Shown: piece by piece, positions 49,246 to 62,021 of the stretch
How positions within the stretch are numbered: position 1 is the stretch's first letter
How the letters are laid out: every line of letters begins with the position of its first letter
DNA from: Podarcis vaucheri
Taxonomy: Eukaryota
Assembly: GCA_965113315.1 (NCBI GenBank)
Contig: OZ220374.1
Strand: one strand, 5' to 3'
Length of the DNA: 64,000 bases
The notes under the pieces: model-generated
What the model saw: the letters and a program-made list of their open reading frames with translations, nothing else
Databases searched by the model: none
Told to the model about the DNA's origin: nothing
Made by a program: the position numbers and the translations under genes

Positions 49246-50006
49246 CTGTTTAAAAGAAAATATTGAATTGCCGCTGAGATGCCATTTATACCTTGTCAGA
49301 AAGAGGTTTCTGGAGCCTTTTAGACAGCGAGTGCCTCTCTACATGCTTCCACCATAAAGTTAAGGCTGCTCCTGGAAGACAGATTCCAAATCAATAAATG
49401 TAGAGCAGTGGGCAACATTTTGAGTGAGGTGTTCTAACTAGCTCATTGACAGCAGAAGAGATCGAGGAGGTTGAGTAAATGCTCTTTGAAGAGAAAGAGA
49501 TGTTTTAAGAAATCAAAAAAGTAATATTGGTGTTCATGCAGAGTGATATTAACAGGAAAACACAATTTCCTGAGTCATAAAGTTTGACTTGGGAACGTCA
49601 ATAAGGGTGTATCTGCTGTTAATCTGTTAATTGAAGGTTAACACGGTATGTCTTTGTATTTACAGTTCAGTGAGTAGTATCTGAACTGTACTGGAATAGA
49701 CCCAATTGAAATCAATGGACTTTAAATTAGTGATAGGTGTGACTTAGTCAGGTGCCACCCTGAAATTGTTTAGGCACCAACATCAAACCTTTAGGTGGCA
49801 GCCTTTGCATAGTTGAAAAGAAATCAGGTCCCTGGAATGATGGGACAGTGTCAGTAGCCTGCTCCATAGCCCTTTCTTGTTGAAATTAAGGATAGTCAGT
49901 GATACTTTTTGCCATCAGTTCTAATGAGGCCTTGACTTGCTTGGTCCTAAATGAACCTTCTGTTGTACTTGTCAGTGAACCCTCTTTCCCACCAATCTTT
50001 CCTTAG

Positions 50007-50117
50007 GAGGTCGAAGCACTCTTCAAGGGAGATAACTTGCCTAGGTTCATCAACTGTGAGTTTGCCTATAATGACAACTGGTTTATTACATTTGAGTCTG
50101 AAGCAGATGCACAGCAG
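50007..50117 (+). CDS. LARP4B: LARP4B exon, RRM ([37 protein letters not shown])
   Basis: ttag|GAG ... CAG|gtaagc, 111 nt, phase 0. Confidence 0.97.
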
Positions 50118-50785
50118 GTAAGCTCTCACTTTTTTGTTGCACATATTTAGTTTGTGTCAATTATCAGTTTTGGAGATTAATTACTGTGACACTCTTGACT
50201 GAGGTGGTGTGAACAGACCTCCACAAACAAAGTTGGTCCATAATACAATGTTCATGTAAGAAATGGCAGGAAGACATCATATAGTTGCACAGAACAGCAG
50301 CCTTCATAATTCAGAGAAATTCATTGTTGTCTAGTCATGGTTTCCATAATTAAGTCTAGAATACATGTACTTCTTGGAAATTTTAAATCCTACTAAAAGG
50401 AGTGATTCAGCCAACTGCTGTTGTGATTATGATAAGTCTTAATTGTGCCTTTCTTGTCTGGGCTGCTCTCAAAAGCTGGTTTAGACCCTAGAGTGGAATT
50501 TTTGAAATGGAGTAAGTAGCTTCCTGCTCCCATCTTTACTGTGATTTTAGTACCACATATGATCATTGCCAAGCAGGGTTAAAATGAAACCTGATAATGC
50601 CTCTGACCATATGCTGAGGACCTGTCTGTAATCCAGTATAAACCTGAATTGGACCCAAGTATTCTTAAATAGGGAAGAACTGATATTGTTTGAGTTAATA
50701 TCTGTGTGTGCATAATTATATACTTTTTCTTGTTAATTTGCTATATCTGCTGCCTTTCACAAAAACATATTTTTCACTCTTAAAG

Positions 50786-50839
50786 GCTTATAGATACCTT
50801 AGAGAAGAAGTGAAAACCTTCCAAGGAAAACCAATTAAG
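50786..50839 (+). CDS. LARP4B: LARP4B exon, RRM (AYRYLREEVKTFQGKPIK)
   Basis: aaag|GCT ... AAG|gtaaat, 54 nt, phase 0. Confidence 0.96.
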
Positions 50840-50939
50840 GTAAATACGTTTTGTTTTTAGTGTTCACTGAAATACTTCTGAGAGTGGTCGTCTTTCTCTT
50901 AGACTGATTCTTCTAAGATCATGCTCTTCTGTCTTTTAG

Positions 50940-51146
50940 GCAAGAATAAAAGCAAAGGCTATAGCTATAAACACATTTTTGCCAAAGAATGGATACAGAC
51001 CTCTGGACATGAACATCTACACACAGCGTTATACAACATCATTTTACATACCTCCAGTATACAGCCCCCAACAGCAGTTTCCACTGTACAGCTTAATTGC
51101 CCCACAGACGTGGTCAACAACACATAGCTATCTTGATCCATCACTG
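50940..51146 (+). CDS. LARP4B: LARP4B exon (ARIKAKAIAINTFLPKNGYRP...HSYLDPSL)
   Basis: ttag|GCA ... CTG|gtaagc, 207 nt, phase 0. Confidence 0.96.
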
Positions 51147-51651
51147 GTAAGCACTTCAGAATCATTCCTTTGTTGCTTTTTTAAATGTTCATGCTGTTAC
51201 TTAGTCTTGAATATAATCGGGGCATACTAGATTCAGTTTATAGCTCCATAATAACTGGTGTACTTCCTGAATCTGTTTTACGTACTCTTACTTCTCAACC
51301 CATATATTAGCATTACACCATGTTCCTCATTTTTAGATTATTTTGTAGCAGCAAGTTGGAGTAGCTAAAGACAATGAGAAAGAAGGCCTCTTGAATGTTT
51401 TTAATTCTGTTAAATCCCCTTCAGTGTAAATTGAAGTGATGATAGGAACTAAGGACTTGATTATTTATCCTCATAATCTTAAGACCAGGTGTTACGCTCA
51501 AGCTACATATTAAGTAAAATTGCATGGCAGAATCGCCCTTGCATTTCAGACTTCCAAACTACGTGCAGTGCTTAAGAGGTTTTGACCTCAGCCTCTCCCT
51601 TACATGCGAACTTTCTGCAGACACTAAATGTTTTTTTATGTAAAAACATTT

Positions 51652-52040
51652 AGTGCTGGTTTTGACCTATGAAGCCTTAAACAGCTCAGGGCCACAATTA
51701 TGTCAAGGACCGCAAACCTGGACCTTGCAATCATCAGCTGAGGCCCTTTTTTCATGCGCCCCCTCCATAAGAGGTCCAGAGGATGGCAACACAAGACCGG
51801 GCCTTTTCTGTGGTGGCTCCCCATCTGTAGGATGTTCTCCTCACCTGGTGCCTTCATTACATATCTTTAGGTGCCAGGCAAAAACATTACTCCATAACCA
51901 GACCATTTAAATGTGTGTTTGGCAGGGTGGTTATTGCTTTGCTTTTGTTCTATTTAGTATTTTGTGTTCTCATTTTGTATTTTTATGTTGCGAACCACCC
52001 TGTAATCTTCTGAGGAAGAATGGCATACTAAATAAATTAA
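51652..52040 (+). mobile_element. L2 LINE 3' fragment
   Basis: VLVLTYEALNSSGP and 'gccttttctgtggtggctcccc' motifs. Confidence 0.7.
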
Positions 52041-52214
52041 CTAACTTACCTGCTTCACCACTGTGAGGACTGGATCCTGGTCTAGCTGGGCTATACACCT
52101 GGGCCAGCAAGTGCTGATCTTAATGTAAAAATCAGTCCTGTGAGGTCATTTCAAGAACTCTTGAGAGTCTCTTAAATCTACAGCTGTGTAACTTGCAGTA
52201 CTTCTGTTCCATAG

Positions 52215-52321
52215 GTAACACCGTTTCCAAATACTGGATTTATCAATGGTTTTACATCTCCTACTTTCAAGCCTACTACTTCTCCACTGACTTCACTCAG
52301 GCAGTATACACCTAGAAGCAG
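52215..52321 (+). CDS. LARP4B: LARP4B exon (VTPFPNTGFINGFTSP...RQYTPRSR) with GC donor
   Basis: atag|GTA ... CAG|gcaagt, 107 nt, phase 0 to 2; frame is restored by the next exon. Confidence 0.92.
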
Positions 52322-52483
52322 GCAAGTTCTGGAAATAAGTTTTCATCTTTTGCTCTGTTAATTTATATCTGTCGTGGGAATTATTGGAATGGCATTTGCC
52401 AGGAGTATGTATCACTTTGGGATGTTCACTTCTCTTGAATACTATGGCCTGTCCTCACTTTATAATTGTATAAAGAACCATTC

Positions 52484-52700
52484 CGGTGGTGCCTCTGGTT
52501 ACAAACTTAATTCGTTCTGGAGGTCCGTTCTTAACCTGAAACTGTTCTTAACCTGAGGCACCACTTTAGCTAATGGGGCCTACCACGCCACCTGCACACA
52601 ATTTCTGTTCTCATCCTGAGGTAAAGTTCTTAACCTGAGGTACTACTTCCGGGTTAGCAGAGTCTGTAACCCGAGGTGTTTGTAACCCGAGGTACCACTG
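52484..52700 (+). mobile_element. Tigger-like MITE, family B
   Basis: Homologous to 19944-20169; right TIR GGTACCACTG|TA. Confidence 0.8.
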
Positions 52701-53129
52701 TAATTGGTTTTTTATTTTTTTTAAAAACCAGACCTTAATTACAACCCTGGGTTATGTTAATGTTACAGTAGCAATTTGAACAATTGATTAAGGGAAGTGG
52801 CCTACATGACCTCCCCAAATGGAAATCTATGCTGCTAGGAGGAATAATAATTTTACAAGAATTGCAGGCGTTGTGTCTTCATGAAGTGCTGTGGTCACAG
52901 ATCTCAATGTGATGAGACAGGCTTCTTCTAAAAGAGACATTGTTGGCTTCTAGAGAACTGAACTACATGTATGTGAAGCAGTGGGAGGAGAGGGGATGAT
53001 GGCTGGGAGGAGAATAGAGTCAGTGCTGGAGCTGCAAGGTATTTAATATCCCCAAGGGCAGGTACGTATAGAATGACCACTCTCTCTTGACTGTGGTTAA
53101 AAGATGAGAACGGACCATAAAATCACATA

Positions 53130-53352
53130 TAGTGGTACCTTGGGTTAAGAACTTAATTCGTTCCAGAGGTCCATTCTTAACCTGAGACTGTTCTTAACCT
53201 GAGACACTTTAGCTAATGGGGCCTCCTGCTGCTGCCGCGCCGCCGGAGCACGATTTCTCTTCTCATCCTGAAGCAAAGTTCTTAACCCAAGGTACTATTT
53301 CTGGGTTAGCGGAGTCTGTAACCTGAAGCGTCTGTAACCCGAGGTACCACTG
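53130..53352 (+). mobile_element. Tigger-like MITE, family B
   Basis: Homologous to 19944-20169; TA TSD. Confidence 0.85.
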
Positions 53353-54259
53353 TACCTCTACCCCAGAGTAAATTCCACCCTCCCATCTTATCCACTGGTT
53401 CAGGCTAACCAGACAGAGAGTTAACCACAGTTAAGATTGATGCCAAGATCTCCGTCTTGGTTAAGGTGGGCGGAGCGCACATTCTCATGATGGAAGCCAT
53501 TGCATCTACAGAAGCACCAGGCCTTTCTGGACAACAATTAAGGATTTATTATGTTTTCAGAATGTATTAGAAAAATTATATAGAAAGGTTTATTGTTTTG
53601 TGTTCATTCAAATGTAAGATAAAACATATGCAAAGGGACTTGACAGGAAGTCAAAGTTGAAGAACAGATTTTGGAAGATAAAAGGGAAAAAATATTTACT
53701 TTCATTGTTATCATTTTCTGTGCGGTGTGGGTGTCTGCACATATGTGTGTTGTTGTATGCAATGTTTGGGAGGAAATAAGACGGTAAATAACAAATAACA
53801 AACTAAATATCGATGTATGTAATTTTTATTTCTTAATTATATTTAGTGGTAGTATGGCTGTATTGTTTTTTGAAACATAAAACCATTCAATAAAAATTAT
53901 AAAAAAAGAAGCAGCACCAGGCCTTTCCATATAAATAGACTTTGTAGAAGTAAATGTATCTTCTTTGTAGAAGATAGATTTTGAGAAGAAGACAGATGTT
54001 ACAACTTGTCCTGATAAAATTACAGACCTTTGTCATGTTATGTAATAAAGTTTCCTTTGACGGCTCTAAAAGATCACGCCACATTTTCCCATGAGTGTTG
54101 GGTGGATTCCCGCCACAGCCTGAACAATTTATGTATTCGGTAAACATTTGTCTTATGCTATAAAAGGAATAGCCTTTAGAAAGTTCTTCAGCGCGGTTCT
54201 GGAAGTTGTCTGCAGATTTTGCACGATGGTTTAAATTATGTCTTTTGTTTCTCCCCCAG

Positions 54260-54511
54260 AAATCCCAGCAAATCACATCTACGGCATACAATACCCAGTG
54301 CGGACAGAGGGCCAGGACTTTTAGAGAGCCCTACAATATTCAATTTTTCTGCTGACCGCTTAATCAACGGTGTCAGGAGCCCGCAAACAAGGCAACCAGG
54401 GCAAAACAGGACACGGATGCAAAGTACGACAAGTTATACCAAGCGTGAAGTGGGCAGTGGGCGAGTAGAGCCTGCTACTTTAGACTCATCCCCAAACTTA
54501 GGTAGAGGAAG
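54260..54511 (+). CDS. LARP4B: LARP4B exon (NPSKSHLRHTIPSADRGPGLLESP...SSPNLGRGR)
   Basis: ccag|A ... AAG|gtgagt, 252 nt, phase 2 to 2. Confidence 0.96.
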
Positions 54512-56929
54512 GTGAGTACTGGAACATTTATTAAGCACTTTTGTTGACTAAGTGCTGCTCAGAGCTCCATTAAATCATGTGTTTCCACCATGTGGGAGTA
54601 ATGAAAAGTGGAAGATGAAACCCCAGGTGAGGAGGGAGATTGAATTGCGGGGAAAGAGAAAAGAAAATAACTTTTAAAAGCATTTTTTAAAGGGTTTTTG
54701 TATAAATGAGAGGCTGGGAAAGAAATTCCACAGATGAGGTGCGTCTAAGAAAACGGGCGTGCAAGAACTGAGAAGATGCTTACTAACAAAAAGATTAGAA
54801 TCTGTATTGACACAAAAAAATTGGCAGACTGAAGTGAGTGGGAAGATTTCTGATGGCTACATAAAGAGGACTGCAACAGTTTGGAATGCTTCTAGGGCAA
54901 TGAGTCCAAGAGAGGGAAATAATTGCTTGTAGAAAGAGGCATTAACATGGTGACAAGTCGAAGTGAAGAAGTACCGAACTAAAAAAAGAAACATCTGGTT
55001 GGGAAAGTGTTTTGGTGTTAAACTAGGGTCCATATCAAAATATGGCAAACCATATTCAATCTAATAACATATTTCTGTTGCTTTAGTTGTTATATAACTA
55101 TTTACAATTTGGAAGTTGCAATTTAGCTTACTTATTTATCCTGGCTGCCTTCGGTTATGGAGTCCAAGACACTGCTCATGTGGCTCCCATGCAGGTACTG
55201 GTTAGGCTGAGACCTGCTTAATTCTACCAAGGTGGTAATCTCATTAGCCTTCAGACCTTGCCCTGGGATCCTAGAACCTTTGTTGCTTGGTGCTCTGTGA
55301 TTTGACAGGGAGAAATTGTGTTCAGAATGAAGACCGCAAGCTGGCTGCATCTGGTCTTTTCAGGAACACAAATACTTTATTTGGTGGGGGTCAGTTGATA
55401 TTGCACGGGCTAGGGACAAGAATTTTAAACTCAGTAAGGAAGATCAGCCAAGGAAGAACTGGAGGGCACAAAGGACATCTTAATAATCTGCCAAACATTC
55501 CTTTTGGTTTCTAAGCCTTCAACAGAGCTTTCTCTGCCAGAGTTGTGAAACTGGAAATGTGGGGGTGGGGTGGGGGTGGTGTTTTTGTAAGAGATGCTTT
55601 TTAGGAAGCCCAATTCCTTGCCCGAAATTTATTTCTGTGCTGCTTGAATGGTCTGAATAGGCATGGCTTTTTGTGTGTGCCATCATTGCAATGCAAATGC
55701 TTATTGGACCTTGCACTTCATTAGCATTGATATGTGGTGGTTTTCAACTTTTCCTCTTGTTTGTTTCCAATAGTAGTGCTCTGGACACCTTTTTATTTTA
55801 CTGCAAATCTATGAGATATTACACGTACACGTACACATGCACAGATAATTGATTTTTTGTCATTCTTCCCCTAACCCGTCATCTGAGTGCTAAGAGCAGA
55901 TTGATAGATTTCATAAGCCTTTGTAGGTATCGGTTGTCAAGCTACTGTCTTACAGTCTAGCCCTTGTGCCTGGTGTTACTGTGCTAGTTCTTATTTGACA
56001 CTGCAGGCTCTTTATTCTATGAATGCAGTCATTTGTTGCTACCATTTGTAATACCAAAACTGCAGAGAGAAATGGAATCGAATGGAGTGGCTGGAAGCCT
56101 GAGCAGAACTCAGCACTTCAGTCTTTTTTGTCCTTTATAAAAATCTCTTACTAATCAGCCTTATGTTCATTGCCTTTATTTGTTACTTAGAAAACATAAG
56201 AGAATTGTGAGACAATTGCTTACAAAGGATTTAGGTCTCCTGTAAACTTGCAAGAAACCCCAAATTCCTAGTGCTGTAGATATTTATACAGGTACCAAGC
56301 CATGGTATGGATAGTAGAACAATGTAGCTTGCCTTGGACAAGGAGCGCTAACATTATGCAAGAGAACGAAAGCAACTGCATGATGTCCACGACCATAGTG
56401 TCTCATACCAAATGTAAACGAACTGTGAAAAAGACACTATGAATAAAAAATGGAGACGTTATTTGTACTTTTCCTTGTTTATATGTTTGTTTTGTAACAC
56501 AAGGAAATCTTGAATAAAAACTTCTTTTTTACAAAAAAAAAACAAAAAAACAGGAGCAAGAGCACCATGTACTTGGCTGTGGTATAGTCAGCCCTTAATC
56601 ATTTGAGACAAAAGCACCGAAAGACATGGGAAAAAATAGTGGTGGGGAATTTGTTAGTTTGTTTATATTCCCTCCTTTTTCCCTGATGGGGCTCCCCAGG
56701 CAACTTTCAGATAAAAGCAAACCGAAAAAAGCTAACTGCCATTATCCCAGAATGTATTATTTATCAACATATTTTTCATTGACAAAAATTGGAAAATGAA
56801 ACGGTAATGCAATCTTTGCAGCTTAATAGTTGAAATGCAGGTTATTTAATGTGTGTCAGGATTTGATTGTATTCTCTGAAGAACAAGACGGCTATACAGG
56901 TGAATGACTTCTATCAGCTTCCTATGCTT

Positions 56930-57230
56930 TAAAGTTCTAGCCAGCACCTGTACTTTGGAACTCCCCGCCACTTGAGATCAAGCAGGCGCCTTCACTGTAC
57001 TCTTTTTTGCGCCTGCTAGAAACATTATTGTTTAAACAAGCCAACTAGATGCTTAGAAAGTTGAGGTAACTTTAATCTGTTTTAGTATTTTTAACTTTGC
57101 ATATTTCAAAGTAATGGCTGTGAATTTTTTCTCAACCTTCTTGTTTTATCTGTTTGTAAACCACTTTGAGCTTGTTGGTTTTTTTTACAATCAAGTGGTG
57201 TAGAAATTTTAGGAATTATATAAATAAATA
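56930..57230 (+). mobile_element. L2 LINE 3' fragment
   Basis: APVLWNSP...RQAPSLYSFLRLLETLLF-like translation, followed by an AT-rich tail. Confidence 0.55.
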
Positions 57231-57620
57231 ATATTCAGGTGAAGGTTACAAAGACTCAAGCTTGCAGCACACCACAAGTACTGGAATTCCATTCCAAAAC
57301 CAGAATCTGCCAGTTAGAAAGCATGCTGGGAAAACCAATTGCTTGCATTACCTTTACCTACTTAGCATCCCCTTGCTTTTATGAATAGGCAGGGTTAATT
57401 AAATAATCTGATGTGGAGGAAGTTACATTGATGCAGCCGGGGAATTAAGGTGACATACAACATTATTCCACCTCCCTCCCAAAAGATCATATCCTCCCAC
57501 CAACTCTGTGAGGTTGATAGGCCAAGAGATAAGTGTCTGGACCCAAGGTCATGTAGTGAGCTTCTTACCAGCGATGCATAGAACAAAAGTTTCTCATTAC
57601 ATTGATTTTTCTGCTTCCAG

Positions 57621-57666
57621 GAAAAACTCGTATGGCTATCGAAAGAAGAGAGAAGACAAGTTTACG
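57621..57666 (+). CDS. LARP4B: LARP4B exon (KNSYGYRKKREDKFT)
   Basis: ccag|G ... ACG|gtgagt, 46 nt, phase 2 to 0. Confidence 0.95.
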
Positions 57667-58371
57667 GTGAGTTTGTTATGGCTGCAAATATCATGAATGA
57701 CATAGTAATACGTGACATGATTGACATGATATAATTACTAAAGAATAAAATACAGTCAGTAGCTCCTGAGGGTCGTGAGGTGAATACCAAGACTGGAGCA
57801 GAGTCATTTTTTTATCAGGGTTACTGAAAAGCAGGCTTGCCTAAAATGATCCTCACCCATCCGTCCACTATTTCTCCTCCCAGCCAGAGACTAGTCTGCT
57901 TTCATTGGAAGGAGAAAATCCCCATAACAAAATGGATATTAGATCTGCTTCTTTGTGAAGTTAAGGTCATGCAGATCCTCTTTGATCCCCATTTCCCCCA
58001 ACCCTTGTCTCCTCTTGGTTGCTTTTCCCCTCCCAATTCTTTCTCTCCACAATTCCAAGCCATTTTCCTCCTCTTTTGTGGTGGCATCTTTTACACAGCG
58101 AGGGGTGTTTTGTGCATTGAGATGTGCCCCCCCTTTCTGTGTAGTTCCTCCCCCAATAACTGCATCTGGTTGATGACCAGCTTCCTTTAAAATTTCTCCA
58201 CGTGTGCAATGGTAGAAACAGCCTTTTAAATGAAGTATGAGACTTGCAGGTTCTCCCGATAAGTCTGCCATCATTTTCAATTTGCCTGTAGTAAACCAAC
58301 TGGGGCCATGATCAAGTGAATTTGGTCTCTGTGGAAACATGTTTCCATGTGCATAGCTGGCGTGTCCCTTT

Positions 58372-58726
58372 AGGTAAAGGTAAAGGGACCCCTGACAATT
58401 AGGTCCAGTCGTGACTGACTCTGGGGTTGCGGCGCTCATCTCGCTTTATTGGCCGAGGGAGCCGGTGTACAGTTTGCGAGTCATGTGGCCAGCATGACTA
58501 AGCCGCTTCTGGTGAACCAGAACAGCGCAGAGAAATGCCATTTACCTTCCCACCGGAGCGGTACCTATTTATCTACTTGCACTTTGACGTGCTTTCGAAC
58601 TGCTAGGTTGGCAGGAGCAGGGACAGAGCAACGGGAGCTCACCCCGTCGTGGGGATTCGAACCGCCGACCTTCTGATCGGCAAGTCCTAGGCTCTGTGGT
58701 TTAACCCACAGCGCCACCCGCGTCCC
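58372..58726 (-). mobile_element. Full-length Sauria SINE (variant)
   Basis: Same head and tail as 23231-23588. Confidence 0.88.
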
Positions 58727-59072
58727 TTACACACCTCATGCTTGAACATGAGTAGTTCACATGTGGTCATCTGGATCCTGGCCTGGGTCTATGTCCTCAT
58801 GTATTTTAGTCCCTTAAAATGGTTTTTGAAACTATACAGATGGTTCACAAAGAACTCCTTTCATTTTTGTGGATAGAAATGATAATCTGTATGATTTACT
58901 TTTGTTTGTTTAAGAAGTCTTTGGAGAATATTGGGACATAGATGCATATAGCAGGTGTGGCAATAGTTTTTTGTTGTTAAAAAAGCACAAGTAGATGACT
59001 AATGTTAAGATGTTTTTAAAAGTTCATAGTCTTTCAGTGAAGCCTAACATTTCTTACTTTTTTCTCTTGCAG

Positions 59073-59240
59073 AGAGGACAAACGCAGTCTCCACCACCAC
59101 CAAAGCCTCCATCCCCAAGTTTTGAATTGGGACTGTCCAGTTTCCCTCCATTGCCTGGAGCTGCTGGGAATCTAAAGACTGAAGACTTGTTTGAAAACAG
59201 ACTATCAAATGTGATAGTAGGAGGAACATCGAAAGAAAGA
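59073..59240 (+). CDS. LARP4B: LARP4B exon (RGQTQSPPPPKPPSPSFELGLSSFPPLPG...SKER)
   Basis: gcag|AGA ... AGA|gtgagt, 168 nt, phase 0; FELGLSSFPPLPG block as in the recalled human protein. Confidence 0.96.
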
Positions 59241-59561
59241 GTGAGTATGCAGCTGAACTGGGCAGGGGATCTGCAAATGAAGGCATCCTCCCCCTAGCAA
59301 TTGCCTTTTTTCTCCTTTGGGAAGCCTGACTTGTGCTGTGAATCGATCTGCGACACTTGTGAAACATTTGTCAGAAAAGAATTAATGCTAGGTTGCAAAT
59401 TCATCTGAAGGGGGCTGGCTTTTTAAATTGGATTTCAGTAAACTGATGTAGCTGAGTAACAGACAGATTTCTTAAACAAACCTACATCTGCTTGTGGAAC
59501 TGGTCCAAAGAGGTTCGTATCAGTGGCCAGATGGCCTTGGCAGTGACACAGAATGCTTTGT

Positions 59562-59630
59562 ATCATAGATACGTAGAGTTGGAAGGGACCCTGAGGGTCA
59601 GCTAGTCCACCTCCCTGCAATACAGGAATC
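59562..59630 (-). mobile_element. CR1-type 3' tail fragment
   Basis: 'catagatacgtagagttggaagggaccctgagggtcagctagtcc', similar to 42240-42290. Confidence 0.55.
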
Positions 59631-60383
59631 TCAACACATGGTCCCCCATCCAATTTGAAACAACACTGGACTCTGCTTAGCTTTGCAAATCTGCCAGCAG
59701 TTTTATTGCTGCAGCACCCTCTTATTGATGATCAAAGAAAATCTGGAAGGAAAAGGGTGCTGTTTCAATATATGGTTGTCCTTGCCCAGATGCAAAGCTC
59801 ATAACAACCAACTGTAAAGGTGCCACCTTCTACTTAATAAGATAGTCAATCTTGCCTTATTTTTAATACCTGAATAGACTTCAGAACAGTTTAGAAGCAG
59901 AAAAGCCAACTACACAACATACATCCAGAATTAAAGTACAGTACTATCATCACTGACAAGGAGCTCTGCAGAGTGTTTGGTCAAAGGTTCTCTTGGACCT
60001 CTAGTGAGAGATGGCATGAACATGAGACCTTTTCACTTGTTGCAGAAATGACACCTAGCACAAAAAAGTAGCAGTGTGGGATTTTCCTGTTTGTGGTGCC
60101 AGCCAGTCATGCCCTCTTACAGCATGCTCTATTCCATAACACACACACACCCCAGATATTTTGAAACCCCGACCCCTTCCCTCCCTCCACTGTAAACCTT
60201 GGAGTTCCCTCAGTCTCTGTTCCCTCTTGTTCATTCTGCCTGCATAAGGATCCACACTCAGAGAATTGAATTTCTCTTGGTATACACGATGGCTTGTGCT
60301 GGTCTACTCAGCTTTAGCCACTACCAAGCGCTGCAGTTTATTCGATACTCCTGCTTGGAATAAAATGCTTGGGTGCAAGCAGC

Positions 60384-60615
60384 AGAAGAAGAAGAGTTTG
60401 GATTTGATATCCCACCTTTCACTCCCTTCAAGGAGTCTCAAAGCAGCTAACATTCTCCTTTCCCTTCCTCCCCCACAACAAACACTCTGTGAGGTGAGTG
60501 GGGCTGAGAGACTTCAGAGAAGTGTGACTGGCCCAAGGTCACCCAGCAGCTGTATGTGGAGGAGCGGAGACGCGAACCCGGTTCCCCAGATTACGAGACT
60601 ACCGCTCTTAACCAC
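60384..60615 (-). mobile_element. tRNA-derived SINE (Squam3-like)
   Basis: Reverse-complement head 'gtggttaagagcggtag...ccgggttcgcg', MIR-like core 'gggtgaccttgggccagtcac', (TTC)n tail. Confidence 0.7.
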
Positions 60616-61413
60616 AGCAGCCCTGTGCAGTGTCCTGCCTGCTGAATAAAGCATTCTCACTAATCCCTTAAAACCACTGCCGAGGGTTAGGGGTCATGCA
60701 GAGTGTGGTGTGGCACAGATGAAATCAGCATACAAAATAAAGGCCAGCATCCAACCAACTTGTTCTGCCAGCGCAAGCATTTATGCTCATGCAACAGAAC
60801 TTTCCTCCCTTCTTCCTCCTGCTTGCATCTGCACCCTCTCCAAATCTGCGCTGGGATTGGAGGGTTGGAGGAAGGCCAGATTTAGAGGGCGCTTGTTCGC
60901 ACAAGCAGCGTTCTGCATCCCAAACCAAACAATTCCTTAACTTGTTTTGAAATCTCTGGAGCTATTGCTCTAGGTCAGTGGTTCTCCAACTTCTTTCTCT
61001 GGGCCACACTTTCAGAATAAATATTTGCTCACGCCACACCAATTTTTTTATTGGTAAGGAATACATTGGAAAACAAAAAGGAACCACTCCTAGCAGTGCT
61101 TGATTTATAACATAGAACACAGCTGCTTTATAATATGATCATGGGGCATCCAGAAAATATAAAACAATGCAGCGACATAAGAACATGAATCATTCCCACA
61201 CACTTGATGCTCTTGCTCTCTTTTTGAAAAGATATCTATCGATAGTCTGGAAATAAAAATATTTTGATACGATACTATACTACACTGAAATGTTTAACTG
61301 TTTCTTGGTCTCTGTTGGAATCTTTTTTGCAAGTCTGCTTCTATAAAGGCTTTGAGTGTATGTTGCCTTGAGTTGAAATGCATTTGAAATGACCCGAAAT
61401 TTGTTTTCTTCAG

Positions 61414-61538
61414 AACCTCAGCGCGACTACTAGTACAAACACTATTCCATCAGGAGTTCCTCGAGAACCTTTGTTGCCAGTTTCTCCTCCTCTACCCGGG
61501 ACGTTTGAAAGGTCTCCTTCCCCATCCCAGCCTCCTGA
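61414..61538 (+). CDS. LARP4B: LARP4B exon (NLSATTSTNTIPSGVPREP...FERSPSPSQPP)
   Basis: tcag|AAC ... TGA|gtaagg, 125 nt, phase 0 to 2. Confidence 0.9.
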
Positions 61539-61909
61539 GTAAGGACTTAATTATACATGGCTTTAAATATACTGCTCTGAATCAACAGTTTGCATTTTCC
61601 ATCATCAAAAGGTTAGGTGTGACACTGTGTGAATAGCTCTTGAAAAATTCAGTTCAATAACACCCCATGCGTGACCCACAGCAGTAGTCTAGAATTTACT
61701 TTTAATTTTGCATGCTCAAGCACTAACTTTAAGCCTGACTCTCAAAGAGGAGAAAAAGCATCATTTGCATGCATCCAAAGAGGGAGGAGCGAATGATCAT
61801 TGGTTCCCTACAGCAAAAGACAGGAATAGAGGCTTCTGCATGTTGGCTTTAGTGTGCTGAACGCAAAGTTGTTCATTACGTTCACATGTTGCTTTGTACT
61901 ACTTTGCAG

Positions 61910-62021
61910 TGACTCCAAAGTCATGGACAAGCAGCAGAGAGAGACCCCAAATATTGAAAGACTTTCTTCTGTACTCACTACCGCTTGCAAATCAGTACAA
62001 GTCAATGGGGCTGCTGTAGCA
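61910..62021 (+). CDS. LARP4B: LARP4B exon (DSKVMDKQQRETP...TACKSVQVNGAAVA)
   Basis: gcag|T ... GCA|gtaagt, 112 nt, phase 2 to 0. Confidence 0.92.

Noticed and set aside
54060-54240. CpG-containing intronic stretch with TATAAAAG, suggesting an internal promoter or snoRNA
   Set aside because: No C/D or H/ACA box architecture or other support; a TATA match is common in AT-rich introns.
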